This document shows, piece by piece, positions 8,861 through 22,081 of a DNA stretch of 64,000 bases (positions are counted from its first letter, which is position 1; every line of letters starts with the position of its first letter). The stretch lies in contig DATAOV010000001.1 of the NCBI GenBank assembly GCA_036265535.1, positions 40,582-104,581 of the forward strand, in the 5' to 3' direction. Origin of the DNA: Gaiellaceae bacterium. GTDB taxonomy: Bacteria; Actinomycetota; Thermoleophilia; Gaiellales; Gaiellaceae. The position numbers and the translations under genes were made by a program. The notes beneath the pieces were generated by a model. That model was given only the letters and a program-made list of their open reading frames with translations, ran no database searches and had not been told where the DNA came from.

Positions 8861-9994
8861 ATGATGGAAGCAGAAACTGTGGTCGCACAGGGAACTCTCA
8901 AGGCGGTCTGCTCGCGAGACGAGCTCACGAGAGCGCTCGGGATCGTCTCGCGCGGTGTCTCGACGCGGACGACGGTGCAGATCCTGGCGGGCATCCTGAT
9001 GGAGTCCGAGGGCGGCAAGCTGAACCTCGCCGCGACCGACATGGAGCTCTCGCTGCGCACCTCGCTCGAGGCGCGGGTGGAGTCGGACGGCTCGGTGGTC
9101 GTGCCGGGGAGGCTCCTGCTCGAACTTGCGCGGCTGTTGCCAGATGCCGAGGTGACCCTCGAGCACAAGCTCGAGGAAGCGGCGGTCGAGATCCGCTGTG
9201 GCTCGGCGACCTATCGCCTCCATACCTACAACGCGGAGGACTTCCCGCGGTTGCCGGAAGCCGAAGCCGCCGAACGTAACGAGATCGAGCGCGAGAGCTT
9301 TCTCGAAACGGTGGCCCGTGTCAGCCGCTCGGCCTCACGGGACGAGTCGCGCCCGGTGCTGACCGGTGTCCTGATGCGCTTCGAACCAGGGAAACTCGTG
9401 ATGGCTGCGACAGACTCCTACCGCCTGTCGGTCAAGGAGACACCTTTGGAAGGGACGGTGCCCGAGCTGGAGGCGATCGTTCCGGCACGAGCGCTCGGGG
9501 AGCTGACGCGGATCGCGCAGACCGGCGACTCGATCGAGCTCGGCGTGCACGAGAACCAGGTCGTCTTCGCCACCGGGGACGCGCTTCTGACCACGCGCCG
9601 GATCGACGGGCAGTTCCCGAACTACAAGCAGCTCGTTCCGGAAACCTTCGACCACGAGATCGCGCTGCCGCGGGACGAGCTTCTGGAGGTGGTTCGCCGA
9701 GTCGCGGTGATGGCACAGCGCAACTCACCGCTTCGACTGCGTTTCGCCGACGGAGAGCTGACCGTCTCGGCTCAGACTCAGGACGTGGGTGAGGCGCGGG
9801 AGTCTCTCCCGGTCGCCTTCAGCGGCGAGCCGCTCGAGATCGGCTTCAACGCGGAGTTCTTGCGTGACGGGATCGAGTCCGTGATCGGAGACCAGGCGCG
9901 CCTGAAGTTGATCAGCCCGCTGCGCCCGGGCCTGATCCAGGGCGAGAGCGACGACTTCCTGTACCTGATCATGCCGATCCGATTGGCGGGGTAG
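8861..9994 (+). CDS. dnaN: DNA polymerase III beta sliding clamp
   Basis: 377 aa, three-domain beta-clamp pattern, canonical position after dnaA. Confidence 0.97.
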   Translation: MMEAETVVAQGTLKAVCSRDELTRALGIVSRGVSTRTTVQILAGILMESEGGKLNLAATDMELSLRTSLEARVESDGSVVVPGRLLLELARLLPDAEVTLEHKLEEAAVEIRCGSATYRLHTYNAEDFPRLPEAEAAERNEIERESFLETVARVSRSASRDESRPVLTGVLMRFEPGKLVMAATDSYRLSVKETPLEGTVPELEAIVPARALGELTRIAQTGDSIELGVHENQVVFATGDALLTTRRIDGQFPNYKQLVPETFDHEIALPRDELLEVVRRVAVMAQRNSPLRLRFADGELTVSAQTQDVGEARESLPVAFSGEPLEIGFNAEFLRDGIESVIGDQARLKLISPLRPGLIQGESDDFLYLIMPIRLAG

Positions 9995-10037
9995 CTACAT
10001 GGTAAGAGGCTCCGACCGGTCACTTCAGACTGGCGCA

Positions 10038-10090
10038 CCGGCCAAGCCGGCACGCCCTGAGAATGGCACCGCAAGCGGTGCCTTGGCCGG
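10038..10090 (+). other. Nested inverted repeat (stem-loop) ending exactly at the proposed recF start
   Basis: Outer arms CCGGCCAAG (10038-10046) and CTTGGCCGG (10082-10090). Inner hairpin GGCACCGC-aa-GCGGTGCC (10065-10082). Confidence 0.5.
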
Positions 10091-11167
10091 CTGATCGTCG
10101 GTCGACTCTCGCTCCGGGACTTCCGCTCCTATTCAAAGCTCGATCTGGGTTTGGAGCCGGGCCTCGTCCTCGTGACCGGGCCGAATGGGGCCGGCAAGAC
10201 CAACCTGCTGGAGTCGCTCCACGTCGGGACGCAGGGGTTCTCGCCGAGGACGCGGGTCGACGCGCAGCTGGTCCGCTTCGGCCGCGACGCGGCGCGCATC
10301 GCGCTGCGCGGTGAGCGGGCAGGAATTCCGCTCGACCTCGAGGTCATGTTGGAGGTCGGGACGGGGAAGCGGGCGACTCTGAACGGCGCGCGCCTGCGCG
10401 CAGCCGAGCAGCTGCGTGGGGAGGTGACGACACTCGTCTTCACCCCGGACCGCCTCGTGATCGTCAAGGGTGGCCCGGCCGCAAGGCGTGCGTACTTCGA
10501 CCGGGCACTCGGGCGGCTCGCTCCGTCTCGCGCGGGGCTCTCGGCCGAGTACGGCGCTGCGGTCGGTCAGCGAAATGCGGCACTCAGGCGAGTTGCCCAG
10601 GGCTTCTCGACGCGGGAGGCACTTGCGCCCTGGAACGACCAGGTCGGTCGGCTGGGCGCCGAGCTCGTGGCCGGCCGACACGAGGCCGTCGGGGCGCTGC
10701 AACCGCACTTCGCCGAGCGCGCGGGCGAGCTTGGTGTGGACGGTGCGGAGCTTCGGTACGACGGCGAGCCGCCGACCGTGGAACAGCTGGAGGCGCGGGT
10801 CGACCGCGACCTCGAGCGGGGCACTACCGGCCTCGGTCCTCATCTGGACGACGTCGGCGTGCTCTCCCGCGATCGCGACCTGCGGGCCTTCGGCTCTCAG
10901 GGTGAGCAGCGCCTGGCCGTGCTGGCGCTGCTGCTCGCCGAGACCGAGCTCTTGGAGGAGCGCCGTGGCACGAGGCCTTTGCTCCTGCTGGACGACGTAC
11001 TCTCGGAGCTCGATCCGGGCCGCCGCCGGATCCTCGCGGACCGTCTTCGTGCCGGTGGTCAGGCGCTGGTCACGAGTGCAAGCCGGAACTCGCTTCCCGG
11101 CGAGCCGGCGCAGACACTCGAGGTGGCTCAGTCGTCTGAGGGCACGAGCGCGGTAAGGGCCGCGTGA
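10091..11167 (+). CDS. recF: DNA replication/repair protein RecF (non-canonical start inferred)
   Basis: GPNGAGKTNLLES and LLLDDVLSELD. The track start TTG 10151 would delete the conserved N-terminal strand (LSLRDFRSYSKLDL). That frame is open from 10061 and contains only CTG 10091 / ATC 10094 as possible starts. Confidence 0.85.
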   Translation: MIVGRLSLRDFRSYSKLDLGLEPGLVLVTGPNGAGKTNLLESLHVGTQGFSPRTRVDAQLVRFGRDAARIALRGERAGIPLDLEVMLEVGTGKRATLNGARLRAAEQLRGEVTTLVFTPDRLVIVKGGPAARRAYFDRALGRLAPSRAGLSAEYGAAVGQRNAALRRVAQGFSTREALAPWNDQVGRLGAELVAGRHEAVGALQPHFAERAGELGVDGAELRYDGEPPTVEQLEARVDRDLERGTTGLGPHLDDVGVLSRDRDLRAFGSQGEQRLAVLALLLAETELLEERRGTRPLLLLDDVLSELDPGRRRILADRLRAGGQALVTSASRNSLPGEPAQTLEVAQSSEGTSAVRAA

Positions 11168-11628
11168 TGGACCGGATCGGCGACGCGGTGCGCAGTGAGC
11201 TGGGCCGTTTCGGCACTGCAGGCGAGATGGCCGAGCTCGTGGCCGTGTGGCCGCAGGCGGTCGGCGAGACGGTGGCTCGCAACGCGTGGCCTGCCCGGCT
11301 CACGCGGGACCGAACCCTGCACGTGAACGCCAGCTCGTCCGCCTGGGCGTTCGAGCTGCAGCAGCTGGAGAGCGAGATCGCCGGCCGATTGCAGGAGGTT
11401 CTCGACGAGGGCACTCCCAGGAAGCTGCGATTCGTGCCCGGGCCTCTTCCGGAGGCCGCTCCTGCGGCAGAGGAGCGACGAGCCACGCGGCTTCCGGAAG
11501 CAACGCTCGAGCAGGTGCGCGAGGCCCGCGACTGGGCGGCAGGGATCGAGTCGGAAGATCTCCGCAAATCGGTAGAAAAAGCTGCGCGGGCGAGCCTCGC
11601 AAGGGCCGCTGCCGACCGTGCGGTCTGA
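11164..11628 (+). CDS. DUF721 / DciA-like protein
   Basis: W..AVG..VA....P..L....L.V...SSAWA.EL pattern. Conserved recF-gyrB position. Confidence 0.8.
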   Translation: MMDRIGDAVRSELGRFGTAGEMAELVAVWPQAVGETVARNAWPARLTRDRTLHVNASSSAWAFELQQLESEIAGRLQEVLDEGTPRKLRFVPGPLPEAAPAAEERRATRLPEATLEQVREARDWAAGIESEDLRKSVEKAARASLARAAADRAV

Positions 11629-11641
11629 TACACTTAGGTAA

Positions 11642-14059
<2,418 letters not shown>

Positions 14060-14071
14060 GACGGGCGACTA

Positions 14072-16609
14072 GTGGCGACCGTAGAACCGCTGGGCCCGGG
14101 TCGGATCGAGTCCCGCGAGCTCGAGCAGGAGATGCGCTCGAGCTTCCTCGACTACGCGATGAGCGTGATTGTCTCGCGTGCGCTTCCGGACGTCCGCGAC
14201 GGCCTCAAGCCGGTGCACCGCCGCGTGCTCTACGCCATGTTCGAGGCCGGCCTGCAGCCGACGCGCTCGCGAGTAAAGTCAGCCAGCATCGTCGGTGACG
14301 TGATGGGTCACTACCACCCGCACGGCGACCAGTCGATCTACGACACGCTCGTCCGGCTCGCGCAGCCGTTCTCCATGCGCTATCCGCTCGTCGACGGTCA
14401 AGGGAACTTCGGCAACATCGACGGCTACCCCGCCGCTGCCATGCGCTACACCGAGGCTCGGCTCGCGCGTCTGGCCACCGAGATGCTCCGCGACATCGAC
14501 GCGGACACCGTCGATTTCCAGGCCAACTACGACGAGACGCGGCGCGAGCCCTCGGTGCTGCCCTCGCGCCTGCCGAACCTGCTTCTGAACGGCTCGTCGG
14601 GGATTGCAGTCGGTATGGCGACCAACATTCCGCCGCACAACCTCGGCGAGGTGGTGGACGCGCTCGTGGCGCTGATCGACGAGCCGACGATCGACGTCGA
14701 CCGGCTGACGAAGCACATCAAAGGCCCGGATTTCCCCACCGGCGGGATCATCCTCGGCCGCGAGGGCATCCGCGAGGCCTACCGCTCGGGCCGGGGGCGC
14801 GTCGTCCAGCGCGCGCGAACCCACATCGAGGAGCTACGCGGCGGCCGCACCGCGATCATCGTCAGCGAGCTTCCCTACGGCGTGAAGAAGGGCGGCGACG
14901 AGGGCGTGATCAAGAAGATCGCCGATCTCGTCAACGACAAGGTCATTCCCGAGGTCCACGACGTCAAGGACCTCTCGGATAAGTCGGGCATGCGCATCCA
15001 GATCGAGCTGAAGCGCGACGCCGTGCCGCAGGTGATCCAGAACAAGCTCTTCAAGCACACGTCGCTCCAGACGACGTTCGGCTACAACGGCGTGGCGCTG
15101 GTGGACGGCGTGCCGCGGACGCTCCCTCTGCGCGACATGCTCCAGCACTACCTCGACTTCCAGCGCGAGGTCATCACCCGCCGCTCGAAGTTCGAGCTGC
15201 GCAAGGCCGAAGCCCGGGCGCATGTTCTGCAGGGCTACCTGATCGCACTCGACAACCTCGACGCGGTGATCGCGCTGATCCGCGCCTCAGCCGACCCGGA
15301 CGCCGCGCGTGCCGGTCTGATCGAGACCTTCGAGCTCTCGGAGATCCAGGCGCAGGCGATTCTCGACCTCCGCCTCCAGCGGCTGACGGGGCTCGAGCGC
15401 AAGCGAATCGAGAACGAGTTTGCGGACCTGCAGGAGCAGATCGCCGAGCTGCGTGCCATCCTCGGCGACGAATCGCGCATCGACGGTCTGATCCGTGAGG
15501 AGCTGCTCGAGATCAAGCAGGTCTACGGCAAGGGCGACGACCGCCGCACCGAGATCGTGGCTGCCGAGGGCGAGCTCGACCTGGAGGACCTGATCGCCGA
15601 GGAGGACATGGTGATCGCGATCACGCGGTCGGGCTACGTGAAGCGGCTGCCGGTCACGACCTACCGCGAGCAGCGACGAGGCGGGATCGGCGTGATGGGC
15701 ATGGATCTGAAGGACGAGGACTACATCGAGCACCTCTTCGTCGCCTCGACCCACGACTACCTGCTCTTCTTCACCTCTGTCGGAAAGGTCTATCGGCTGA
15801 AGGTGCACGAGCTGCCGCTCGGGACGCGCCAGTCGAAGGGCCGCGCGATCGTGAACCTGCTCCCGTTCGCCCAGGCCGAGCAGGTGCGCGCGGTGATCGC
15901 TACGCGTGACTTCAAGGAGGCCGAATACCTCGTGCTCGCGACCCAGAAGGGGATCGTCAAGAAGACGCGCTTCGAGGAGTACAACACGCCCCTGAAGGCC
16001 GACGGGATCATCGCGATCAAGCTGCGTGACGACGATTCGCTCGTGGACGTGCTCCACTCGACCGGCGAGGACGACATCATCCTGGTCTCCCGCAAGGGTC
16101 AGGCTATCCGCTTCAACGAAAGCCAAGTCCGCTCGATGGGCCGCGCCACCTCCGGGGTGAAGGGCATGGGGCTGCGCAAGGGCGACGAGGTCATCTCGGC
16201 CGGGATCGCCGACGACGAGCTCGACATGCTGGTCGTCACCGATCAGGGCTACGGCAAGCGGACGCGGATCAAGGACTACCCGGTCAAGGGGCGCGGCGGC
16301 CTCGGGGTGAAGACGGTGCAGCTGACCAAGGCCCGCGGCCAGCTCGCCGGCGCGATGCCGGTCCGCGACGGCTACCAGGTGATGCTGATCTCGAACGGTG
16401 GCACTGTCATCCGCATGCCGGTCGAGGAGATCAAGCGGCTCGGCCGCTCGACCCAGGGAGTGATCGTGATGCGGCTCCGCGGGAACGAGCAGGTCTCGAG
16501 CATCGCTCTCGTGGCCGAGTCGGATGATGCGGCTGCCTTGGATGTGCCTGAGGGCAGCGCGACGCCCAAGCCCGAGCCTCCGACTGCAGAAAACGGCAAC
16601 TTGCAGTAG
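14072..16609 (+). CDS. gyrA: DNA gyrase subunit A
   Basis: [39 protein letters not shown] (catalytic Tyr), and the C-terminal beta-pinwheel repeats. Confidence 0.97.
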   Translation: MATVEPLGPGRIESRELEQEMRSSFLDYAMSVIVSRALPDVRDGLKPVHRRVLYAMFEAGLQPTRSRVKSASIVGDVMGHYHPHGDQSIYDTLVRLAQPFSMRYPLVDGQGNFGNIDGYPAAAMRYTEARLARLATEMLRDIDADTVDFQANYDETRREPSVLPSRLPNLLLNGSSGIAVGMATNIPPHNLGEVVDALVALIDEPTIDVDRLTKHIKGPDFPTGGIILGREGIREAYRSGRGRVVQRARTHIEELRGGRTAIIVSELPYGVKKGGDEGVIKKIADLVNDKVIPEVHDVKDLSDKSGMRIQIELKRDAVPQVIQNKLFKHTSLQTTFGYNGVALVDGVPRTLPLRDMLQHYLDFQREVITRRSKFELRKAEARAHVLQGYLIALDNLDAVIALIRASADPDAARAGLIETFELSEIQAQAILDLRLQRLTGLERKRIENEFADLQEQIAELRAILGDESRIDGLIREELLEIKQVYGKGDDRRTEIVAAEGELDLEDLIAEEDMVIAITRSGYVKRLPVTTYREQRRGGIGVMGMDLKDEDYIEHLFVASTHDYLLFFTSVGKVYRLKVHELPLGTRQSKGRAIVNLLPFAQAEQVRAVIATRDFKEAEYLVLATQKGIVKKTRFEEYNTPLKADGIIAIKLRDDDSLVDVLHSTGEDDIILVSRKGQAIRFNESQVRSMGRATSGVKGMGLRKGDEVISAGIADDELDMLVVTDQGYGKRTRIKDYPVKGRGGLGVKTVQLTKARGQLAGAMPVRDGYQVMLISNGGTVIRMPVEEIKRLGRSTQGVIVMRLRGNEQVSSIALVAESDDAAALDVPEGSATPKPEPPTAENGNLQ

Positions 16610-16689
16610 GTTCCGCTGCCGCCCTTCTCAAACGCGAAGCAGGTTGTTATAAGTTTCGAGGGACAAGCTTTCGCAGGCGGAGGCAGAGA

Positions 16690-16992
16690 ATGGCATACGA
16701 CAAGGCAGCTGAGTTCCTCGAGCCGATCGATATCGCGGAGCACCTCGACAAGATCGAGCTCTACCTGGGCCAGGTCTGCCAGATCGCCGGCATCTCCAAG
16801 ATGCAGCTCGACTACTGGACGAACAAGGCGCAGATCCCGACCAAGGGCAAGAAGCAGCGGATCTACGACATCGATGCGCTCGAGACGGTGATGCTGATCA
16901 AGCAGGCGAAGGACAAGGGGCTGAACCTCGGCGCGGCGATCGAGGCCGCGCGCCGTTTTCGAGAGACGAACCGAGTAGCGGCGGTCGACTAG
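16690..16992 (+). CDS. MerR-family helix-turn-helix protein (100 aa)
   Basis: LGQVCQIAGISKMQLDYWTNKAQIP...RIYDIDALETVMLIKQAKDKGLNL resembles the MerR HTH-wing. Confidence 0.6.
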   Translation: MAYDKAAEFLEPIDIAEHLDKIELYLGQVCQIAGISKMQLDYWTNKAQIPTKGKKQRIYDIDALETVMLIKQAKDKGLNLGAAIEAARRFRETNRVAAVD

Positions 16993-17870
16993 CCGCGCAG
17001 AGCCCGCGCCGCCTCTTCCGGCGCGAGCGTGTTCAGGTAGAGGCCGGCGCCCAGCTCGACGGCCGCGAAGACGGTCAGGCGTGGCAGCACCTCGAGGTGC
17101 CAATGCCCGGCCTCGTGCAGCCAGAGGTTCGCCGGCCGTGGCCTGTCGAGCGCATGGAGCCGTCGCAGGGCCTCGGCAGCGAGCGCGAGGCCGGCACCCA
17201 GGCGGTCGCTGGCGAAGCCGTCTCGCTCGTGCTCGAGCGGTGCGACGAGGCACTCGTACGGTGAACGGCTCGCGAACGGGCACAACAGGGCAAGCCCGCC
17301 TCGCTCCTCGACTACCCGCGTGCCCTCATCCCGCTCGCGGCGCAGATACCGGCAGACACGGCAATCGCTCTCGGCCCGCTCGGTGGCTGCGACGGGCGGC
17401 TCGTCTCGGAGCCACACGAGTTGCGAGTGGGTGTGCTGAAGGCTTGCGCCCGCCGCCCGCCCCTCGTTGATGCCGGCGAAGACGTGCGGGTAGCCGGACT
17501 CCCGCGCGGCCTCGGACCGCAGGCGCCAGGCCTCGGCCACGAGCTCCAGCCGGTCGTCGTCGAGCTCGGCGATCGAGCGCCGGTGCTCGGGCGAATGGAT
17601 GACCACCTCCTGGTGGTCGAACGCCGGGTACTTGTTGGGGACGACGCGTACCGTCCAGCCCGGCGTGTCCGGTTGCCGCGCCTCCGGCGGCAGGGCGAGC
17701 ACCTCGGGCGGAGTGCGATCCTCCCTGCCCTCGCAGAAGGGGCAGGCTTCGAGCTCCTCCGGGGTCGTCGGCTCGAGTACCGGAGCGCCGGCGCCCGGGC
17801 GCCCGGACCGGCCCGGCGCGATCGCGACGCGGCGCCCGGAGAGCGGGTCGACCCGTAGGTCGATGCTCAG
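16989..17870 (-). CDS. Galactose-1-phosphate uridylyltransferase-like (HIT superfamily, GalT branch); non-canonical start inferred
   Basis: CPFCEGRE zinc motif, VVPNKYPAF and the HxHxQ motif HTHSQLVW. Track start GTG 17702 lies after the CPFC motif. The frame stays open upstream ([25 protein letters not shown]) with only CTG 17870 / ATC 17864 available. CTG overlaps the SPFH stop as CTGA. Confidence 0.8.
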   Translation of the reverse strand: MSIDLRVDPLSGRRVAIAPGRSGRPGAGAPVLEPTTPEELEACPFCEGREDRTPPEVLALPPEARQPDTPGWTVRVVPNKYPAFDHQEVVIHSPEHRRSIAELDDDRLELVAEAWRLRSEAARESGYPHVFAGINEGRAAGASLQHTHSQLVWLRDEPPVAATERAESDCRVCRYLRRERDEGTRVVEERGGLALLCPFASRSPYECLVAPLEHERDGFASDRLGAGLALAAEALRRLHALDRPRPANLWLHEAGHWHLEVLPRLTVFAAVELGAGLYLNTLAPEEAARALRG

Positions 17871-18628
17871 CTCTTGAGCTTTTCGAGGAACGGTGTCAGC
17901 AGGTCGATCGGCGCCGGGAAGACGATGGTCGTGGACGCCGAGGAGCCGAGCTCGACGAGCGTCTGCAGGTAGCGCAACTGCAGGCCGATCGGGTGGTCTT
18001 CGATCACGAGCGCGGCGTCCTTCAGCCGCTCCGAGGCCTGGAACTCGCCTTCGGCCGCGATCACCTTCGCCCGCCGCTCACGCTCAGCCTCTGCCTGTCG
18101 GGCCATCGCGCGCTGCATCCCTGACGGGATCTCGACGTCCTTGACCTCGACGATCGAGACCTTGATCCCCCAGGGCGCGGTGGCCTCGTCGATGATCTCC
18201 TGCAGGATTGCGTTGATCTTGTCGCGCTCCGAGAGCAGCTCGTCCAGAAGATGCTGGCCGAGCACCGATCGCAGCGTCGTCTGGGCGATCTGCGAGGTCG
18301 CGACCATGAAGTTCTCGACCTGGACGATCGCGTTCTTGGGCTCGACGATGCGGAAGTAGGCTACGGCGTTGACCCGCACCGGCACGTTGTCCTTGGTGAT
18401 GACCTCCTGCGGCGGGATGTTGAGCGTGATCGTGCGCAGGTCGACCTTCACCATCCGGTCGACGACCGGGATCAGGATGAAGAGGCCAGGGCCCTTGGGC
18501 TCGGGAAGCAAGCGGCCCAGGCGGAAGATGATGCCGCGCTCGTACTCGCGCGCGACCTTGATCGCCGAGACGAGGAACAGCAGGACGAGGAAGAGGACGA
18601 CGACGGCGGCGACGAGTGCGGCGGTCAC
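17867..18628 (-). CDS. SPFH/band-7 (stomatin/slipin-like) membrane protein
   Basis: N-terminal TM, PHB-domain pattern ([13 protein letters not shown]...[16 protein letters not shown]) and a C-terminal coiled coil ([11 protein letters not shown]). GTGA overlap with nfeD. Confidence 0.9.
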   Translation of the reverse strand: MTAALVAAVVVLFLVLLFLVSAIKVAREYERGIIFRLGRLLPEPKGPGLFILIPVVDRMVKVDLRTITLNIPPQEVITKDNVPVRVNAVAYFRIVEPKNAIVQVENFMVATSQIAQTTLRSVLGQHLLDELLSERDKINAILQEIIDEATAPWGIKVSIVEVKDVEIPSGMQRAMARQAEAERERRAKVIAAEGEFQASERLKDAALVIEDHPIGLQLRYLQTLVELGSSASTTIVFPAPIDLLTPFLEKLKS

Positions 18629-19938
18629 GACGCGATCCTACTGGGCGGGAGCGGTTCGACTTCGAGGACGAGCTCGGGCCCTACACCTGCGACGCGAACT
18701 TGCTGACCCGGCCGCAGCTGCTCGCCGGATCGAGGCCGGGCGCGCCAGAGCTCCCCGTGTACGAACACCAGGTCGTCGCGGCGGGCCTCGCCGACCTCGC
18801 CGACCATCGTCTCCGGCCCGGCTGCCACCGGTCTTCGTCGTACCTGCACCGCCTTCGTGAGCGCGAAAACCCAGACGAGCCCGAGAGACACTGCGAAGGC
18901 GACGACCACGGGGGTATTGACGTCGTTGTACGGCGCAGGGGCATTGTGGAAGAGCATCAGGGAGCCGACCACGAGACTGATCAGGCCCGAGACCGTGAGC
19001 GTGCCATGGCTGACAACGTGCGCGTCGATCACGAGGAGCGCGGCGCCGAGGATGAGGAGGGCGAGCCCAGTCCAGCTGAGGGGTAGGACGGCGAAGCCGA
19101 AGAGGGCCGTCAGGAGCGCGACCGCGCCGAGCGCGCCGGGGAGAACGACGCCGGGGTGGAAGATCTCGAAGCCGATCCCTGCGATCCCGGCGAGGAAGAG
19201 GAGCGGGATCAGGTTCGGGTCGATCAGTGCGTTCAGCAGGCGCGTGAAGAAGCCCGGGTTCACGTCGACGATCTGCGCGTTGGCCGTGTGGAGGACGAAT
19301 CCCTTGCCCACCGTCTTGCGCCCGTCGATCTTGCGCAGCAACGCGGGCAGGTTCGGCGCGATGTCGTCGATCACGTTCATGCGGAGGGCCTGCTCCGCGG
19401 TTAGGTTCGACGCCTTCCGCACCGCCAGGTCGGCCCAGCGCTGATTCCGTCCGTGGAACTTGGCCAGCCCGCGCAAGGACGCGGCCGCGTCGTTCAGCAC
19501 CTTGCGCCGGAGGTCGCTGCCGAGGTTGGCACCGTTGCCGTTGATCGGCGTCGACGAGCCGATGTTCGTTGCCGGGGCCATGGCGAGCACGTCCGCCGCC
19601 TGGCCGATCCACACGCCTGCCGATGCTGCTCGCGCGCCCGGCGGTGACACGTAGACGATCACCGGGATCTTGGAGCCGAGCTCGGTCTTGACGATGGTCC
19701 GCATCGATTCGGAGAGGCCGCCTGGAGTGTCGAGGACGATCACCGCTGCGTCGTAGCCGTCCTTCTGGGCGCGGTGGAGCTGGTGGTCGAGGTAGCTGGA
19801 GGTGACCGGGTTGACCTCGAGCACGTAGTGGATCGCCAGCACTCGCGGTCGGCCGGAGTCGGCCGCAAAGGCAAGTGCCGGAACGGCGAGCGCCACGGCC
19901 ATCAAGCCGAAAAATGCCCGCAGAAACGGCCCTTTCAC
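18625..19938 (-). CDS. NfeD-type membrane-bound ClpP-class serine protease (long form)
   Basis: ClpP-like DTPGGL and [11 protein letters not shown], a multi-TM middle region and a C-terminal OB-like NfeD domain ([11 protein letters not shown]). Start set to GTG 19938, before the signal-like [17 protein letters not shown]. The rest of track ORF 18625..20451 overlaps the divergent amidase gene. Confidence 0.85.
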   Translation of the reverse strand: MKGPFLRAFFGLMAVALAVPALAFAADSGRPRVLAIHYVLEVNPVTSSYLDHQLHRAQKDGYDAAVIVLDTPGGLSESMRTIVKTELGSKIPVIVYVSPPGARAASAGVWIGQAADVLAMAPATNIGSSTPINGNGANLGSDLRRKVLNDAAASLRGLAKFHGRNQRWADLAVRKASNLTAEQALRMNVIDDIAPNLPALLRKIDGRKTVGKGFVLHTANAQIVDVNPGFFTRLLNALIDPNLIPLLFLAGIAGIGFEIFHPGVVLPGALGAVALLTALFGFAVLPLSWTGLALLILGAALLVIDAHVVSHGTLTVSGLISLVVGSLMLFHNAPAPYNDVNTPVVVAFAVSLGLVWVFALTKAVQVRRRPVAAGPETMVGEVGEARRDDLVFVHGELWRARPRSGEQLRPGQQVRVAGVGPELVLEVEPLPPSRIAS

Positions 19939-20023
19939 AGTCGTAAGAATTCTATCAGCGCGTCCGCTTTTCCCTTGCGGGCCAGGAAGGCGTGTGCGAG
20001 CCTCGAAGCGGGTCAGCTCGCTC

Positions 20024-22081
20024 ATGAGGCCGCTCATCGTCGCAGCCGTCCTCGCTGCCACCCTCCCCGGCTCCGCACTTGGCGCCGGCCTGGTGGCGCG
20101 AGATCTATCTCCCCAGCCGTCGGGCCGGGCGGTCTCGACGGGTGTGTTCGAGCTCGTCGGTTTGCATTGGCAAGGGCCCGGGGTGGTCAAGTACCGGACG
20201 AGGAACCTCGCCGGCCGCTGGAGCGCGTGGCGGGCGTTCTCGCCCGAAGACGCGCTCCCGGACAACGGCCCAGAACGTCGGGCGACCCGCGGTTGGCGCG
20301 TCGCGAGCCCGTTCTGGACGGGCCCCGCGAACGGCATCCAGTACCGGGCGGTGGGTCGCGTCGCCAGGATGCGGGCGTACTTCATGCGCAGTCCGAGGCA
20401 GCGCCTCTCGGCCGAGCGCGTCCATTTGGCCGGGACGCCGGCGATCATCACCCGCTCTGGCTGGCAGGCGGATGAGTCGATCCGCCGTGGGGCGCCGTTC
20501 TACGCGGATTCGGTCCACCTCGCGATCGTCCACCACACGGCCGGTTCGAACTCGTACACGAAGGCGCAGTCGGCCTCGATCGTGAAGGCGATCGAGCTCT
20601 ACCACGTGAAGGGCAACGGCTGGAACGACATCGGCTACAACTTTCTCGTCGACAAGTACGGCCAGATCTTCGAAGGCCGCTTCGGCGGGATGACGAGGGC
20701 CGTGATCGGCGCCCATGCGCAGGGTTTCAACACCGGCTCGGTCGGGATCGCGGTGATCGGGGACTTCAGCTCGGCGGGGATCACGCCGGCGGCGCGCGCG
20801 GCCCTCGTCTCGTTGATCGCCTGGCGTCTCGACCTCGATCACGTCGACCCGCTCTCCAGCGTCGTCAGGATCTCGTCCGGCAACCCGCGCTACGGGGCCG
20901 GGAGGGCGGTCACCTTGCGCGCGGTCTCAGGGCATCGCGACGTCTATCCGACGAGCTGTCCCGGCCAGGGCCTCTACGCGCAGCTGCCCTCGATCCGGGA
21001 CGCGGTAGCGCAGAGCGGCTTGCCAAAGCTCTACTCGCCGGCGGTGACCGGGACGCTCGGCGGGCCGGTGCGCTTCACTGCGAGGCTCTCGGACCGGGTT
21101 GCCTGGGTCGTGACGGTCCGGGATCAGAGCAAGGCCGTCGTCGCGAGCGGGGGCGGGATCGGGCCCAACGTCGACTGGACCTGGGACGCCGGCGGCGCGC
21201 CCTCGGGTCGGTACACGTGGACGATCAGCTCGCCGCAGATGCGCTCGGCCACGGGGACGATCGGCACCGCGCCCGCGCCGCTCGCCCTGCAGCAGTTGAA
21301 GCTCGCACCGGCGATCGTGACCCCGAACGGCGACGGCCGCGGCGACTCGGCGACGATCACCTATCGGCTGACCGCCCCGGCGCTCGTGACCGCTTCCGTG
21401 GTCGACAGCCTCGGGGACACCGTGGAGACGCTCTTCTCTCAGCGCAAGGGGGCCGGCACGCAGAGCTTCGTCTGGAGCAGCGTCACGTTGCCGGACGGGC
21501 GCTACCGGCTCGCGATCGCCGCGAAGGACGACCGTGGCACGCAGGTGCAGTCGGTCCGACCGATCTCCGTCGACCGGACGCTCGCCTCGTTCGCGACGAG
21601 CACTGCAGTGATCTCCCCGAACAGAGACGGCCGGCTCGACACGCTCGCCTTCTCGTTCCGGTTGAATGCGCCCGCCCACGTCCAACTACGGATCCTGCGC
21701 TCCGGAACCTTGGTTGCCACGCCGTTCGACGGCGATCTCCAGGCCGGCCCCCAGCGGGTCGACTGGGACGGACGCGGCCTGCGAGATGGTCGCTACTCGG
21801 CGGTGGTCGTTGCGACGGATTCCCTGCTCACCGTCAAACAGTCCGTCTTCGTCCGCGTCGACACGAAGGCGCCGATCCTGCGGCTCGCCTCGTTCCGGTT
21901 GCTGCGGTTCTGGCTCAGCGAGCCCGGCCGGCTGACAGTCGTCCTGAACGGCCGCGCCCATGTGCTGGTCGTCAAGCGTGCCGGCTTCTTGCGCGTCGGT
22001 CACAGCGGTTCGATCCGCACGCTGCGGGCCTTCGCCCGCGATGCGGCCGGCAACCAGAGTCGGCAGATCCGCCGGCCCTAA
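20024..22081 (+). CDS. Secreted N-acetylmuramoyl-L-alanine amidase (PGRP/Amidase_2) with C-terminal Ig-like (FlgD-Ig type) repeats
   Basis: Signal peptide MRPLIVAAVLAATLPGSALGA. Amidase_2 pattern IVHHTAG...WNDIGYNFLVDKYGQIFEGR...GAHAQGFNTGSVGIAV. Repeated IVTPNGDGRGDSATITYRL / VISPNRDGRLDTLAFSFRL modules. Confidence 0.85.
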   Translation: MRPLIVAAVLAATLPGSALGAGLVARDLSPQPSGRAVSTGVFELVGLHWQGPGVVKYRTRNLAGRWSAWRAFSPEDALPDNGPERRATRGWRVASPFWTGPANGIQYRAVGRVARMRAYFMRSPRQRLSAERVHLAGTPAIITRSGWQADESIRRGAPFYADSVHLAIVHHTAGSNSYTKAQSASIVKAIELYHVKGNGWNDIGYNFLVDKYGQIFEGRFGGMTRAVIGAHAQGFNTGSVGIAVIGDFSSAGITPAARAALVSLIAWRLDLDHVDPLSSVVRISSGNPRYGAGRAVTLRAVSGHRDVYPTSCPGQGLYAQLPSIRDAVAQSGLPKLYSPAVTGTLGGPVRFTARLSDRVAWVVTVRDQSKAVVASGGGIGPNVDWTWDAGGAPSGRYTWTISSPQMRSATGTIGTAPAPLALQQLKLAPAIVTPNGDGRGDSATITYRLTAPALVTASVVDSLGDTVETLFSQRKGAGTQSFVWSSVTLPDGRYRLAIAAKDDRGTQVQSVRPISVDRTLASFATSTAVISPNRDGRLDTLAFSFRLNAPAHVQLRILRSGTLVATPFDGDLQAGPQRVDWDGRGLRDGRYSAVVVATDSLLTVKQSVFVRVDTKAPILRLASFRLLRFWLSEPGRLTVVLNGRAHVLVVKRAGFLRVGHSGSIRTLRAFARDAAGNQSRQIRRP

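Noticed and set aside
18625-20451. 608-aa version of NfeD.
   Set aside because: The N-terminal 170 codons overlap the divergent amidase gene and its signal peptide region. A GTG at 19938 sits right before the NfeD signal-like helix.
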